Source of the DNA: Clostridiales bacterium
GTDB lineage: Bacteria; Bacillota; Clostridia; Saccharofermentanales; Saccharofermentanaceae
Reading direction: 5' to 3'
DNA length: 40,871 nt
Assembly: GCA_016930475.1 (NCBI GenBank)
Contig: JAFGGR010000160.1
Location: 1-40,871, forward strand
Positions 8,787-17,197 of this stretch are shown piece by piece. Below the pieces are notes generated by a model. That model saw only the letters and a list, made by a program, of their open reading frames with translations, searched no databases and was not told the DNA's origin. How positions within the stretch are numbered: position 1 is the stretch's first letter; the number at the start of each line of letters is the position of its first letter. The position numbers were made by a program, and so were the translations under genes.

Positions 8787-9314
8787 ATGAGCGAAGATTA
8801 TGAATTTGTTCAAACCAAACCCCAGATCAGACGCCTGGCCGACTTGGCGAGCGCGATCTGGAACGAGCATTTTCCAACGATCATCGGGCAGGAGCAGGTC
8901 GATTATATGGTCTGTCGGTTCCAGTCGGAGTCCGCGATCACCAAACAGATCCGAAGTGAGGGCTATCGATACTATTTCATTGCGAGCGACGGGAAAAACG
9001 TCGGATACTTCGCGATCCGCCCCGACCCGGACGCTTTGTTCCTCAGTAAAATCTACATTCTCCGCGACTACCGCGGTCGCGGTCTGGCGCGCGCATCATT
9101 CGAGTTTATCGAGGATCAATGCCGGCTAATGGAACTTCCGCGGATCCGCCTCACCGTCAATCGCGGAAACGCGCACACGATCGAGATTTATCGAAAGATC
9201 GGCTTTTCGATCGTAAGGACTCAAGTCGTCGACATCGGCGGAGGCTTTGTCATGGATGACTATGTGATGGAAAAGACCATTTTGCCGAGTCCGACTTACG
9301 ACGTCGGCATCTGA
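8787..9314 (+). CDS. GNAT family N-acetyltransferase
   Basis: The 175 aa ORF has the acetyl-CoA motif A, ILRDYRGRGLARASFEF, followed by NAHTIEIYRKIGF. Confidence 0.85.
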   Translation: MSEDYEFVQTKPQIRRLADLASAIWNEHFPTIIGQEQVDYMVCRFQSESAITKQIRSEGYRYYFIASDGKNVGYFAIRPDPDALFLSKIYILRDYRGRGLARASFEFIEDQCRLMELPRIRLTVNRGNAHTIEIYRKIGFSIVRTQVVDIGGGFVMDDYVMEKTILPSPTYDVGI

Positions 9315-10252
9315 CTGATAAAGTCCGCGAGTCCCGCGCATATTTTGAGCTGATAGGCCTCATAGTTTAAGAACAGGTCCTCTTCCTTGTTCGTCAGGTA
9401 ACCCATCTTCAGCATGAAGCCCGGGATGTCCGTCGACCAGTTCAGACCGCTGTAGAAACTACTTGAGTCGCAACCGTTATAGGCTTCACCGGTCGATTCG
9501 AAAAGCGATGTGCCGAGAAGTTCCCCCCATCCGACCAATCGATCCTTGTATTTTCCGGTGTCCGCGACCGAAACGGATATCCCATTTGTGGCGGGATCGG
9601 TGTCGGAATCACAATATAGGCGTATGTACACGTCCGGCATCTGAGACAATGCAAATTGAGCCCTCTCGACATTAGAGATATCCACGTTGTTTTCGGTACG
9701 GGTCAGGTGAACCACACATCCGAGACTCTCGAGATAGTCGCGTGCAAGGATCGCGATCTCAAGATTGATCTCATATTCCGGACGACCGGTGATCACGCCG
9801 ATTGCTCCGGGCGAAGTCTTATCTTTCGACCCCGACATGACCGGCATCAGAGGTTCCTGTTCGGGGTTGGGAGTCTCCTGCCCGCCGGGGTCCAGAACAA
9901 CGACATACCCGGTCAGGTCCGGTCCGATTACCGTGGTCGGAACGGTCGGAGGGATCCGTACGGTGATTTCGGCGGTTGTTTCGCTTGGGATCGTCGTTTC
10001 TTCGGTCGAGCCCCCGGATGTCCCCGCAGTTACTCCTGTCGCATCCGAACCCTCGAAGGACTCCGAGGAGATACCGGGTATCGGGTCCCGTGTCGACTCC
10101 GTAGTTTTGGAACCGTTCCCGGAAAACAAGCTCATCAGAAGGACCGCGGCGAGAGCCGCCGCACTCAGGATCAGGATGATAATCAGTGTGAATAAAATGA
10201 CGCCTTGTCTTCGGAAATCCTCGCGGGTTTTCCGGTGTCGATGTCTGCTCAT
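9296..10252 (-). CDS. Membrane-anchored Amidase_3 (N-acetylmuramoyl-L-alanine amidase) homologue with substituted catalytic residues
   Basis: I chose the ATG at 10252 (MSRHRHRK...) because AAGGAG lies 6 nt upstream. The track ORF extends 20 codons further. Layout: basic N-terminus, TM (VILFTLIIILILSAAALAAVLLM), S/T/E-rich linker, then an Amidase_3-like domain (VVVLDPGGQE...PEYEINLEIAILARDYLESLGCVVHLTR...PDVYIRLYCDS...PGFMLKMGYLTN). Confidence 0.75.
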   Translation of the reverse strand: MSRHRHRKTREDFRRQGVILFTLIIILILSAAALAAVLLMSLFSGNGSKTTESTRDPIPGISSESFEGSDATGVTAGTSGGSTEETTIPSETTAEITVRIPPTVPTTVIGPDLTGYVVVLDPGGQETPNPEQEPLMPVMSGSKDKTSPGAIGVITGRPEYEINLEIAILARDYLESLGCVVHLTRTENNVDISNVERAQFALSQMPDVYIRLYCDSDTDPATNGISVSVADTGKYKDRLVGWGELLGTSLFESTGEAYNGCDSSSFYSGLNWSTDIPGFMLKMGYLTNKEEDLFLNYEAYQLKICAGLADFISQMPTS

Positions 10253-10340
10253 GGATACTCCTTGAAGCGATCTTTTCATGACGTTTTTTACCGTCATATG
10301 GTATTTTATCATATGAAACAGACAGATTCGTCACTTCTCT

Positions 10341-10368
10341 TTTACAAATGATTTATGAAATGTATAAT
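10341..10368 (+). promoter_or_regulatory. Sigma-A type promoter for glf
   Basis: TTTACA (10341-10346), a 16 nt spacer, then TATAAT (10363-10368). It lies 30 nt upstream of the glf ATG. Confidence 0.5.
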
Positions 10369-10398
10369 AATATCAACAACACAGTATAGGAGCACGGC

Positions 10399-11568
10399 AT
10401 GAAAAAACATGCACTGGTCGTTGGGCTGGGTTTCGCAGGTGCGGTTTTGGCCCGATCGCTTGCGGACGCGGGGTTTTCCGTTACCGCATTTGACAAGAGG
10501 CCGAGTATCGCGGGCAACATGTACGAGTACGAACGTTCAAACGGCGTTCGCGTCCACATGTACGGACCTCATATCTTTCACACTGATCTTAAACACGTTT
10601 ATGCGTATTTGAGTACGTTCTCTTCTTTCTATCCCTACTCGCACCGCGTCCTCGGGATGATCGACGGTGTTCTCGTTCCGATCCCCTATAACTTCACATC
10701 GATCGAGAAGCACTTCTCTTCCGCCCGGGCAAAGAGCATCATCGCGAAGCTGACGAGCCATTATCCGTTGAACAGTCGAGTGCCCGTTTCGGACTTGCTT
10801 CGTCATCCCGACCCGGAGATCGCCGGCCTCGGGCAATTCGTTTTTGAAAAGGTTTTCAAGAACTACACGGCGAAGCAGTGGGGCGTACCGGCGGACAGCC
10901 TCGACCCTGCAGTATTGCGCCGTGTTCCTGTCGTCATCGGAGACGACGATCGGTATTTCTCCGATTCGATCCAAATGATGCCGCTGATGGGCTACACGGA
11001 GCTTTTCGAGAATATTCTGAAGCACCCGAATATCAGCATTCAACTCAATTCCAACGCACTTCAGAGAATTCACCCGCATTCCGTATCGGGCAAGTTCCTT
11101 CTGGACGGAGTTCCGTTCGAAGGTCCCATCTGTTACACAGGATCGGTCGACGAGCTTTTCGATTATGTCCTCGGCGCGCTTCCTTATCGAAGCCTTGAGT
11201 TATGCATGGAGGATCACGCGATCGATCTTTTTCAGAGCGCCTCTGTCGTGAATTATCCGAACGACGAGTCCTTCACGCGCATCACGGAGTTCAAGCACAT
11301 GACGCTTCAGGATGTTCCGGGCGCGACGACTATTATGAAGGAATATCCGATGGCTTATCATCCGGGCGGCAGATTGTGCCCGTTTTACCCGATCCAATCG
11401 GACGAGAATCAGAACCTTTACCGCGATTATTTGGAAATTTGCGGAAAATTCGAGGATCTGTTCCTCTGCGGACGGCTCGCGGAGTATAAGTACTATAATA
11501 TGGATGCGGTCGTCGACCAGGCACTTTCCGTAGCCGCTCAGATAAGAGAATCTCAGAGATACGAGTAA
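10399..11568 (+). CDS. glf: UDP-galactopyranose mutase
   Basis: The 389 aa ORF has an N-terminal FAD Rossmann motif (VVGLGFAGAVLA). It also has AGNMYEY...GVRVHMYGPHIFHT and a C-terminal GRLAEYKYYNMD, all characteristic of Glf. Confidence 0.9.
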   Translation: MKKHALVVGLGFAGAVLARSLADAGFSVTAFDKRPSIAGNMYEYERSNGVRVHMYGPHIFHTDLKHVYAYLSTFSSFYPYSHRVLGMIDGVLVPIPYNFTSIEKHFSSARAKSIIAKLTSHYPLNSRVPVSDLLRHPDPEIAGLGQFVFEKVFKNYTAKQWGVPADSLDPAVLRRVPVVIGDDDRYFSDSIQMMPLMGYTELFENILKHPNISIQLNSNALQRIHPHSVSGKFLLDGVPFEGPICYTGSVDELFDYVLGALPYRSLELCMEDHAIDLFQSASVVNYPNDESFTRITEFKHMTLQDVPGATTIMKEYPMAYHPGGRLCPFYPIQSDENQNLYRDYLEICGKFEDLFLCGRLAEYKYYNMDAVVDQALSVAAQIRESQRYE

Positions 11569-11578
11569 GGAGAGGACT

Positions 11579-12316
11579 ATGCAGGACAGGGACAAGAACG
11601 AGTCGTTATACATTGTTATGCCGGCTTATAACGAAGAGGCCAATATCGAGACCGTCGCCAATGAGTGGCATGAGGTCGCCGTCCAGTTCGGGACCGATTC
11701 GAGACTTGTGATTTTCAATGACGGAAGCCGTGATAACACATGGGCGAAACTCATAGAGCTGGAGAAGGTCCTTCCGAATCTCATAGCCGTCAACAAGGAA
11801 AACTCCGGCCACGGTGCCACGTTACGTATAGCATACGAGTACGCTTTGAAGGAAGGCGCCGACTACATCTTTCAGACCGACAGCGACGGGCAAACACTGC
11901 CGGGAGAGTTTCTGTCCTTTTGGCACCAACGGAATAATTTCGTCGCCGTGATCGGTCACCGGAATCACCGACAGGACGGCTTTTCGAGAAAATTCGTCAC
12001 CAAGGTGTTGAAATGGGTGGTTTTTCTTATCTTTAGGGTACGCATACCCGACGCAAACACCCCGTTTCGACTCATGCAGAGAGCGACGCTCGAGAGATAC
12101 CTCCCGCGCGTTCCGGAGGGCTATAACTTGACCAACGTTTTGCTTTCGGTTCTGATGGCGGATGCCGCCGAGAATGTCCTTTATGTTCCGATCACTTTCC
12201 GCCCGCGACAGGGAGGTAAGAATTCGATCAACATGAAACGCATTTTTAAGATCGGCCTTCAGGCATTGCGCGATTTTCGCGTCATCAAGAAAGAAATGAA
12301 GCAGGGCAAGAGATAG
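11579..12316 (+). CDS. Glycosyltransferase family 2, short polyprenol-phosphate-sugar-synthase-like (DPM1/GtrB-like core, no C-terminal TM pair)
   Basis: The 245 aa ORF reads YIVMPAYNEEANI, FNDGSRDNT and a DxD-like QTDSDGQ. An RBS (AAGGAGAGG) sits upstream. It starts 10 nt after glf. Confidence 0.8.
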   Translation: MQDRDKNESLYIVMPAYNEEANIETVANEWHEVAVQFGTDSRLVIFNDGSRDNTWAKLIELEKVLPNLIAVNKENSGHGATLRIAYEYALKEGADYIFQTDSDGQTLPGEFLSFWHQRNNFVAVIGHRNHRQDGFSRKFVTKVLKWVVFLIFRVRIPDANTPFRLMQRATLERYLPRVPEGYNLTNVLLSVLMADAAENVLYVPITFRPRQGGKNSINMKRIFKIGLQALRDFRVIKKEMKQGKR

Positions 12317-12348
12317 TCGACCGCAGACCCTTACGAATTCAATAAAAA

Positions 12349-12366
12349 GCAACCGCACGCGGTTGC
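12349..12366. terminator. Bidirectional intrinsic terminator between convergent GT2 and DUF47 genes
   Basis: GCAACCGC-AC-GCGGTTGC palindrome. It is flanked by an A-run (12344-12348, which reads as a U-run on the minus strand) and by TTAATAAA on the plus side. Confidence 0.6.
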
Positions 12367-12402
12367 TTAATAAATTACACGATACGGCAAAAGAAATGCG
12401 CG

Positions 12403-13026
12403 CTAGCAGTTCTTAATGATGACGCGTTCCATGGCATCCGCGGCGGCTTCGCAGGAATCCAGGACGTTCTCCATCGACTTGTAAATTTCCTGCCACTTAA
12501 TAATATCCAGGACATCCTTTTCCTTATTGAAAAGTTCTTTCATCGATGATTGAAACAGGGCGTCTCCCTCTTCTTCGATATTATTGATTTGAACCAGAAT
12601 CGGAGAGAGCTCCTTAGACTTTTTGAAATTTTTGAATTCAACTGCAGCCGTGACAAGGGCCGAACACGCCTTGGTGATCAAGTTACACATCCCCTTACCG
12701 CGCTTCTTGGCGGACTCAATCGACATCATGTCGAGCATTATTGCAACATCGTCGATCGAGTCGATCGTTTCTTCGATGGAACGGGAGATCTCCATGATAT
12801 CCTCCCGCTCGATCGGCGTGATGAAGGATCGGTTCAGATGGAAGTAAACTTCGTGGTAAAGCCGGTCTCCTTCGTGCTCGATCTCATGGATCGCATTTGA
12901 TTTCAAATGAGAGTCTGAAAGATCATCCAGAAGCTCATCCAACCCCTCCGCCGCGCGATTGCAAATAGACGCTGCCTTGATAAACAAATCGAAATAATCC
13001 GCTTCTTTGCTATTTCTCATTCTCAT
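12403..13026 (-). CDS. DUF47 / PhoU-like phosphate transport regulator (YkaA-like)
   Basis: The 207 aa helical protein has IHEIEHEGDRLYHEV and NNIEEEGDALF repeats typical of DUF47. It lies immediately downstream of a PiT transporter gene, which is the usual pairing. Confidence 0.85.
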   Translation of the reverse strand: MRMRNSKEADYFDLFIKAASICNRAAEGLDELLDDLSDSHLKSNAIHEIEHEGDRLYHEVYFHLNRSFITPIEREDIMEISRSIEETIDSIDDVAIMLDMMSIESAKKRGKGMCNLITKACSALVTAAVEFKNFKKSKELSPILVQINNIEEEGDALFQSSMKELFNKEKDVLDIIKWQEIYKSMENVLDSCEAAADAMERVIIKNC

Positions 13027-13045
13027 TACCTCTTTCTTGCCGGTG

Positions 13046-14089
13046 TCAGAACAACCGAAGGAATAACTTAGCCATCAGAAAAGAAATCAATCCACAGCCG
13101 GGGAACGTTAACACCCAGGCCAATACCATGTCGCGGGCTACCAGCCAGTTGACGGCACTTAATCTTTTGGAAGCACCGACGCCCATGATCGCCGTCGTTT
13201 TCGTATGCGTCGTGCTGACCGGCACACCGGTCAGGGTCGACAGGAGAAGACAAAAGGACGCCGCTATATCCGAGGCAAAGCCCTGGTACTTCTGAAGTTT
13301 GACCATATCCATTCCGACCGCCTTAATGATGCGGTAGCCGCCGACGGATGTTCCGAGACCCATCACGACCGAGCATATGACGATCAGATACCAGGGCACG
13401 CCAAAAGAGCCGTCCGCCATTCTATCTATGACAAAGGGCGAGCCGGGCTCCGCAATTCCAAAGTAATAAATTCCGAGAAGAAATATTCCGATAAATTTCT
13501 GGCCGTCCTGAGCACCGTGGAGAAACGCCATCATCGCCGCGGCGGCCATTTCTCCAAAGTGAAACACCTTATCCGCGGTCCTGCGCTTCACTTTTCGAAA
13601 GGCCATCTCGATCCCCTTGACACTGATCCAGCCCGAAATGAATCCCAAAACGGACGAGATCAAAAGACCGATCAGAACGAGCATCCACTGCTCTTTACTG
13701 ACCGAACTAAATCCTCCGAGTCCGATGGCCGCACCGGTAACGCCCGCGATCAGCGCGTGACTCTCACTGGTCGGGATCCCGAAATACCAGGCGGCCGTCG
13801 CCCAGATAACGATCGAAAACATCGCGGCGGCAAGGACGACTAATGCATCCTTCTCCTGTCCCGGATTGATCACGATCATCTTACTTAATGTATCGGCGAC
13901 CTTCGGGGAAAGTACGGTCATGATCAAAACGCCGAGAAAATTCATGACGACCGCCATCTTGACCGCGGCAGCCGGCGTAATAACACGCGTAGATACCGCC
14001 GTGGCGATCGCGTTGGGCGCGTCGGTCCATCCGTTAACGAATATCACCGCGAGCATCAGGACAACGATAACGATCAAGCTAAACCACAT
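13046..14089 (-). CDS. Inorganic phosphate transporter, PiT family
   Basis: The PHO4 signature GWTDAPNAIATAVSTR is near the N-terminus and a second copy, HGAQDGQK, is in the second half. The protein is polytopic. I chose the ATG at 14089 (MWFSLIV...) because GGGGAGA lies 5 nt upstream. The track ORF adds 11 codons. Confidence 0.85.
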   Translation of the reverse strand: MWFSLIVIVVLMLAVIFVNGWTDAPNAIATAVSTRVITPAAAVKMAVVMNFLGVLIMTVLSPKVADTLSKMIVINPGQEKDALVVLAAAMFSIVIWATAAWYFGIPTSESHALIAGVTGAAIGLGGFSSVSKEQWMLVLIGLLISSVLGFISGWISVKGIEMAFRKVKRRTADKVFHFGEMAAAAMMAFLHGAQDGQKFIGIFLLGIYYFGIAEPGSPFVIDRMADGSFGVPWYLIVICSVVMGLGTSVGGYRIIKAVGMDMVKLQKYQGFASDIAASFCLLLSTLTGVPVSTTHTKTTAIMGVGASKRLSAVNWLVARDMVLAWVLTFPGCGLISFLMAKLFLRLF

Positions 14090-14133
14090 GTGTTCTCCCC
14101 GAAAACGTGCAAGTCCGTGCATTCACTGATAAT

Positions 14134-14209
14134 TGGTCGAGGTGAAGAGACTCGAACTCCCGACATCCTGCTCCCAAAGCAGGCGCGCTACCAACTGCGC
14201 TACACCTCG
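14134..14209 (-). tRNA. tRNA-Pro (anticodon UGG), CCA encoded
   Basis: The reverse complement folds as a cloverleaf: CGAGGTG TA GCGC AGTTGGTA GCGC G CCTGC TTTGGGA GCAGG ATGTC GGGAG TTCGAGT CTCTT CACCTCG A CCA. The anticodon loop is TT-TGG-GA. Confidence 0.9.
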
Positions 14210-14233
14210 GTTTCAAAAACCGCAACAGCCGTT

Positions 14234-14262
14234 ATTATACTCAAATCGCGGTTTGATTACAA
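14234..14262 (-). promoter_or_regulatory. Sigma-A type promoter for tRNA-Pro
   Basis: The minus strand reads TTGTAA, a 17 nt spacer, then TATAAT. The -10 ends 24 nt upstream of the tRNA 5' end. Confidence 0.6.
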
Positions 14263-14300
14263 TCCTTCGCCGGTGACCGAAATCTCTCTCCGGATCAGGA

Positions 14301-14549
14301 TCAAACAATATCAAAGACAAAGATCAACAAGAGATACACCAGAAATGAGATGATAAAAGTCGAAATAATGATGGCAATGAATCTCAAGGCCTTCTTGACT
14401 ACGCGGAGAATCGTCTGACGGTCGCGCTGCTTGATTTCCTTCTCACTCAACTTCGGAGCATTACGGTGGTCGGCTTTATAGAGAAACAAGCCGCAATTCT
14501 TACAGACCGACCGCTGTCCGTTATCGGTGTTGCATTTGGGACATTTCAT
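14301..14549 (-). CDS. Small zinc-ribbon membrane protein (hypothetical)
   Basis: The 82 aa ORF has CPKC...17 aa...CKNC at the N-terminus, a basic linker, and a C-terminal TM (FIAIIISTFIISFLVYLLLIFVF). Confidence 0.6.
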   Translation of the reverse strand: MKCPKCNTDNGQRSVCKNCGLFLYKADHRNAPKLSEKEIKQRDRQTILRVVKKALRFIAIIISTFIISFLVYLLLIFVFDIV

Positions 14550-14606
14550 ACAAGCATCGCTCCAATCCTAAACCGTTTAACGCACCCTGTTCGAGTACCA
14601 ACACAA

Positions 14607-16007
14607 TTATACTTCAAAAAAGCGATTTTTCCCCCGAATGATCTCATCGATACGCAAAATATACTCCCGTACACTTCGGACACAATCGTGGCGTTCGATT
14701 CGTCCGTTCGGTAAGACGCGTTTGCCGACACCCCCGGCTCCGAAAGCGAGGACATTACGGTAGTCGCTCATCATTGCGACGTTATAAACACATTCCGTGC
14801 CCATTGTCGAAAAGCCCGTATTTTCGAGCCCTGCAACCGTGTCTTTCTGCTTGTACAAATAATACGGAGAGTACCCCGTTTCCGCGAGTCGTACGGAGGC
14901 GTACGAAACCATTTGATCCGCAATCCTTACTCTTTCCGGGTCGTCCATGATCTCCGCTCTTGCCAGGTTTGAGGTCCTCTTTTTACAGAGCGCATGAACG
15001 GTGATGTTCTCGGGATTCAACTCGATGATCCGATCGATTGAAAACCGGAATTCATCAAGGCTTTCACCGGGCAGGCCGGCGATCAAGTCGGTGTTGATGA
15101 CCGAAAAACCGGCTTTTCGTGCGATATCGAAAGCCCTGTAAAATTGTTCTGCCGTGTGATGGCGTCCGATACGCATCAGTGTCTCATCGGAAAGCGACTG
15201 CGGATTGACGCAAATCCTTCCGACGCCCTCGTCGACCAGCAAAGTCGTCTTGGATTCAGTCAAAGTGTCCGGTCTTCCCGCCTCCACGGTAATCTCGGCA
15301 TTGCGATCCGGACATATCAAATCAAGGGCTCCGCAAACAAAATCTCTTAACAGGTCGTCATCCATGATCGTCGGCGTGCCCCCGCCGAAATAAACAGCCC
15401 GTACATTCTTCATGATCCCCGTCAGCCCGGCAATCTCCTTGAGGACGGTATCCTTGTACTCCGAAAGAAGCGCAGAACTCGTTCGGCTCTCCTGAGTGAT
15501 GAACGAGCAATACGAGCATCGTCCGGGGCAAAACGGGATCCCGATGTACACAAACAGATCCCGGTCGTCGGTCGATGATAATATCCGGTCCTCCGCGACC
15601 GCCGTATTATAAGCAAGCCCGGCCTTATCCTCCCGGACATCATAGAAACGGACGAGCGTGTCAAGGTCTCGGACCTCGCGAGCGACGAGGGTCGGGCGGA
15701 TCCCGGTGAGTGAGCCCCAAGGAAACTTCTTTTTCGTAATGACCGAAAAGACCCGATACAGTTGTCTTTTCAGCTCACGATTCGACGGCAATTTTTGTGC
15801 ATCATCCGATTTTTCGAAAATCGACGTTCCGGGTACCGTGGTCATGACGAAGCCGTCCGATTGTACTATGCTCTCAATAACAATATCTTCCTCGTAATCG
15901 GCGAAAATCGATTGCCCCTCACAGCGAACGGACGGACCGAAAAAAAGCCGGCTCACATCCATTGCCGGAAAAATGCTTCCATGTCCCTGCGTGATGACGG
16001 AAATCAA
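14607..16007 (-). CDS. hemZ: Radical SAM coproporphyrinogen-dehydrogenase-like protein, HemZ type
   Basis: The 466 aa ORF has the radical SAM motif GIPFCPGRCSYCSF, plus VYFGGGTPT and a HemN-like core after an N-terminal extension of about 150 aa, as in HemZ. Confidence 0.75.
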   Translation of the reverse strand: MISVITQGHGSIFPAMDVSRLFFGPSVRCEGQSIFADYEEDIVIESIVQSDGFVMTTVPGTSIFEKSDDAQKLPSNRELKRQLYRVFSVITKKKFPWGSLTGIRPTLVAREVRDLDTLVRFYDVREDKAGLAYNTAVAEDRILSSTDDRDLFVYIGIPFCPGRCSYCSFITQESRTSSALLSEYKDTVLKEIAGLTGIMKNVRAVYFGGGTPTIMDDDLLRDFVCGALDLICPDRNAEITVEAGRPDTLTESKTTLLVDEGVGRICVNPQSLSDETLMRIGRHHTAEQFYRAFDIARKAGFSVINTDLIAGLPGESLDEFRFSIDRIIELNPENITVHALCKKRTSNLARAEIMDDPERVRIADQMVSYASVRLAETGYSPYYLYKQKDTVAGLENTGFSTMGTECVYNVAMMSDYRNVLAFGAGGVGKRVLPNGRIERHDCVRSVREYILRIDEIIRGKNRFFEV

Positions 16008-17146
16008 CCGTTGACTCCTTTAACGTAATCGAAATAATACTCAATAATGAGCTGACTGACCAACGAGTAGCTGCGAACGCCTTCCGGCTGTAGGTTCGCC
16101 TTCAGGTACGTATCGTTCACCTCTGTCGATATTTCCTCGACCGGGCCCTCGAATTGCTGCCAATACTCGTAACTGATATTCATATCGCGATAGGCTCCGT
16201 CCGGGATGGATCGGGCAATTTGCGTATAGGCTTCAGGGTCGACAGCCGCCAGATCCTGAGAAATATACCCGAGCGCAAACATATATCCGCTATAGCGAAA
16301 ATCGGGCCGGTCGCTGGAAACACACGCCAGAAACCCTGCCAGATTGGCATCCTGCTCGCGGGCGATCCCTCGTACATGGCTGATCTCGTGGCAGGCCGTC
16401 ATCGGGATCGTATGAGCCGGAACGTCGATGTTCGCGTTGGCTTCGCCAAAGAACGGAAAGTACATCCCGACAATGCCCGTGTATGACCAGTAATGCGAGA
16501 GCGCGACCGGTTTGACTCGAATGTCGTTTCCTGAAAGCGCCGGGAAAACGACCGCCGCCATATCCATTGCCTCGCTTCCGGTCCGCAAAACATCCTCAAT
16601 GCCTTTGATCGGAACCATTCCTCCCTGATCATTCTCGGGAAGAACGGGACGGTTCTCCGCGACGCCCGTGGCAAGCCATCTCATGACCTCCGCGAGTTCT
16701 TCGGAGCTTCTTTCCGATGGAACCAACTCCAAAGATTCATGAAGCGGTCTTCTGGAATACCCGATCCCGTGCATCATCGTAAAAGAGGTGGATGTGATCA
16801 AAAGGATTACGCTTAAGACTACCGCACTACGGTAGAAAAACCTTTTCTTCTCACGACTGCGTACCGCCCTGACAATGTACCAAACAATCAGTATCGACAC
16901 TGTCGGAATGGAAGCGATGACAAAGATCTCCGTGATCGAGATCGGTACCAGAGACGTCAGGGTGACGATCGGCCATGACAGATATGGAAACAGCCGAAGT
17001 GCGTACCACTCTGAAATTTCCGGACTCCGTGACAGCCACTTTGGAAGCATCAGAAACACAAACGCACCGGCCAGGCACATCAATATCGGAAGAGCCGATC
17101 GAATGAATTTTTTCACGTGTTCCAATGAGTCATTCCTTCCGTACAC
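16004..17146 (-). CDS. DUF3810-like membrane protein with HExxH metalloprotease-type motif
   Basis: The 380 aa ORF has 3-4 N-terminal TM segments and the motif TACHEISHVRGIAREQDANLAGF. It has a 4 nt overlap with the hemZ start. Confidence 0.7.
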   Translation of the reverse strand: MYGRNDSLEHVKKFIRSALPILMCLAGAFVFLMLPKWLSRSPEISEWYALRLFPYLSWPIVTLTSLVPISITEIFVIASIPTVSILIVWYIVRAVRSREKKRFFYRSAVVLSVILLITSTSFTMMHGIGYSRRPLHESLELVPSERSSEELAEVMRWLATGVAENRPVLPENDQGGMVPIKGIEDVLRTGSEAMDMAAVVFPALSGNDIRVKPVALSHYWSYTGIVGMYFPFFGEANANIDVPAHTIPMTACHEISHVRGIAREQDANLAGFLACVSSDRPDFRYSGYMFALGYISQDLAAVDPEAYTQIARSIPDGAYRDMNISYEYWQQFEGPVEEISTEVNDTYLKANLQPEGVRSYSLVSQLIIEYYFDYVKGVNG

Positions 17147-17197
17147 GGACTGTGGCGCAACTCTTCGCTCCGCTTGATTCGGATCCCCAAAATTGCG

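Noticed and set aside
8432-8803. 123 aa + ORF bridging the frameshifted small gene and the GNAT gene
   Set aside because: It is a third frame overlapping the better-supported 8392..8574 continuation. It is Cys/Arg-rich, with no RBS and no motifs.
9296-9314. 19 nt 3'-3' overlap of the convergent GNAT and amidase genes
   Set aside because: The overlap is real in the sequence, but it is a common consequence of compact genomes. I saw no hairpin or other signal suggesting regulated antisense interaction.
9656-10265. Two overlapping + ORFs (179 and 166 aa) and a 171 aa minus ORF in the amidase region
   Set aside because: They are shadow frames of the S/T/E-rich linker and the Amidase_3 domain. 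They are Arg/Gly/Pro-rich low complexity.
10253-10312. 20-codon N-terminal extension of the amidase ORF (the same issue arises at 14090..14122 for PiT, 24430..24486 for iorB and 31567..31602 for the zinc-ribbon gene)
   Set aside because: In each case an internal ATG has a clear Shine-Dalgarno at 5-8 nt or overlaps the upstream stop, and the extension adds non-conserved-looking residues. I used the shorter coordinates.
13205-13843. 212 aa + strand ORF within the PiT gene
   Set aside because: It is antisense to a polytopic PHO4-signature transporter. The sequence is highly Arg/Gly/Asp-rich and not protein-like.
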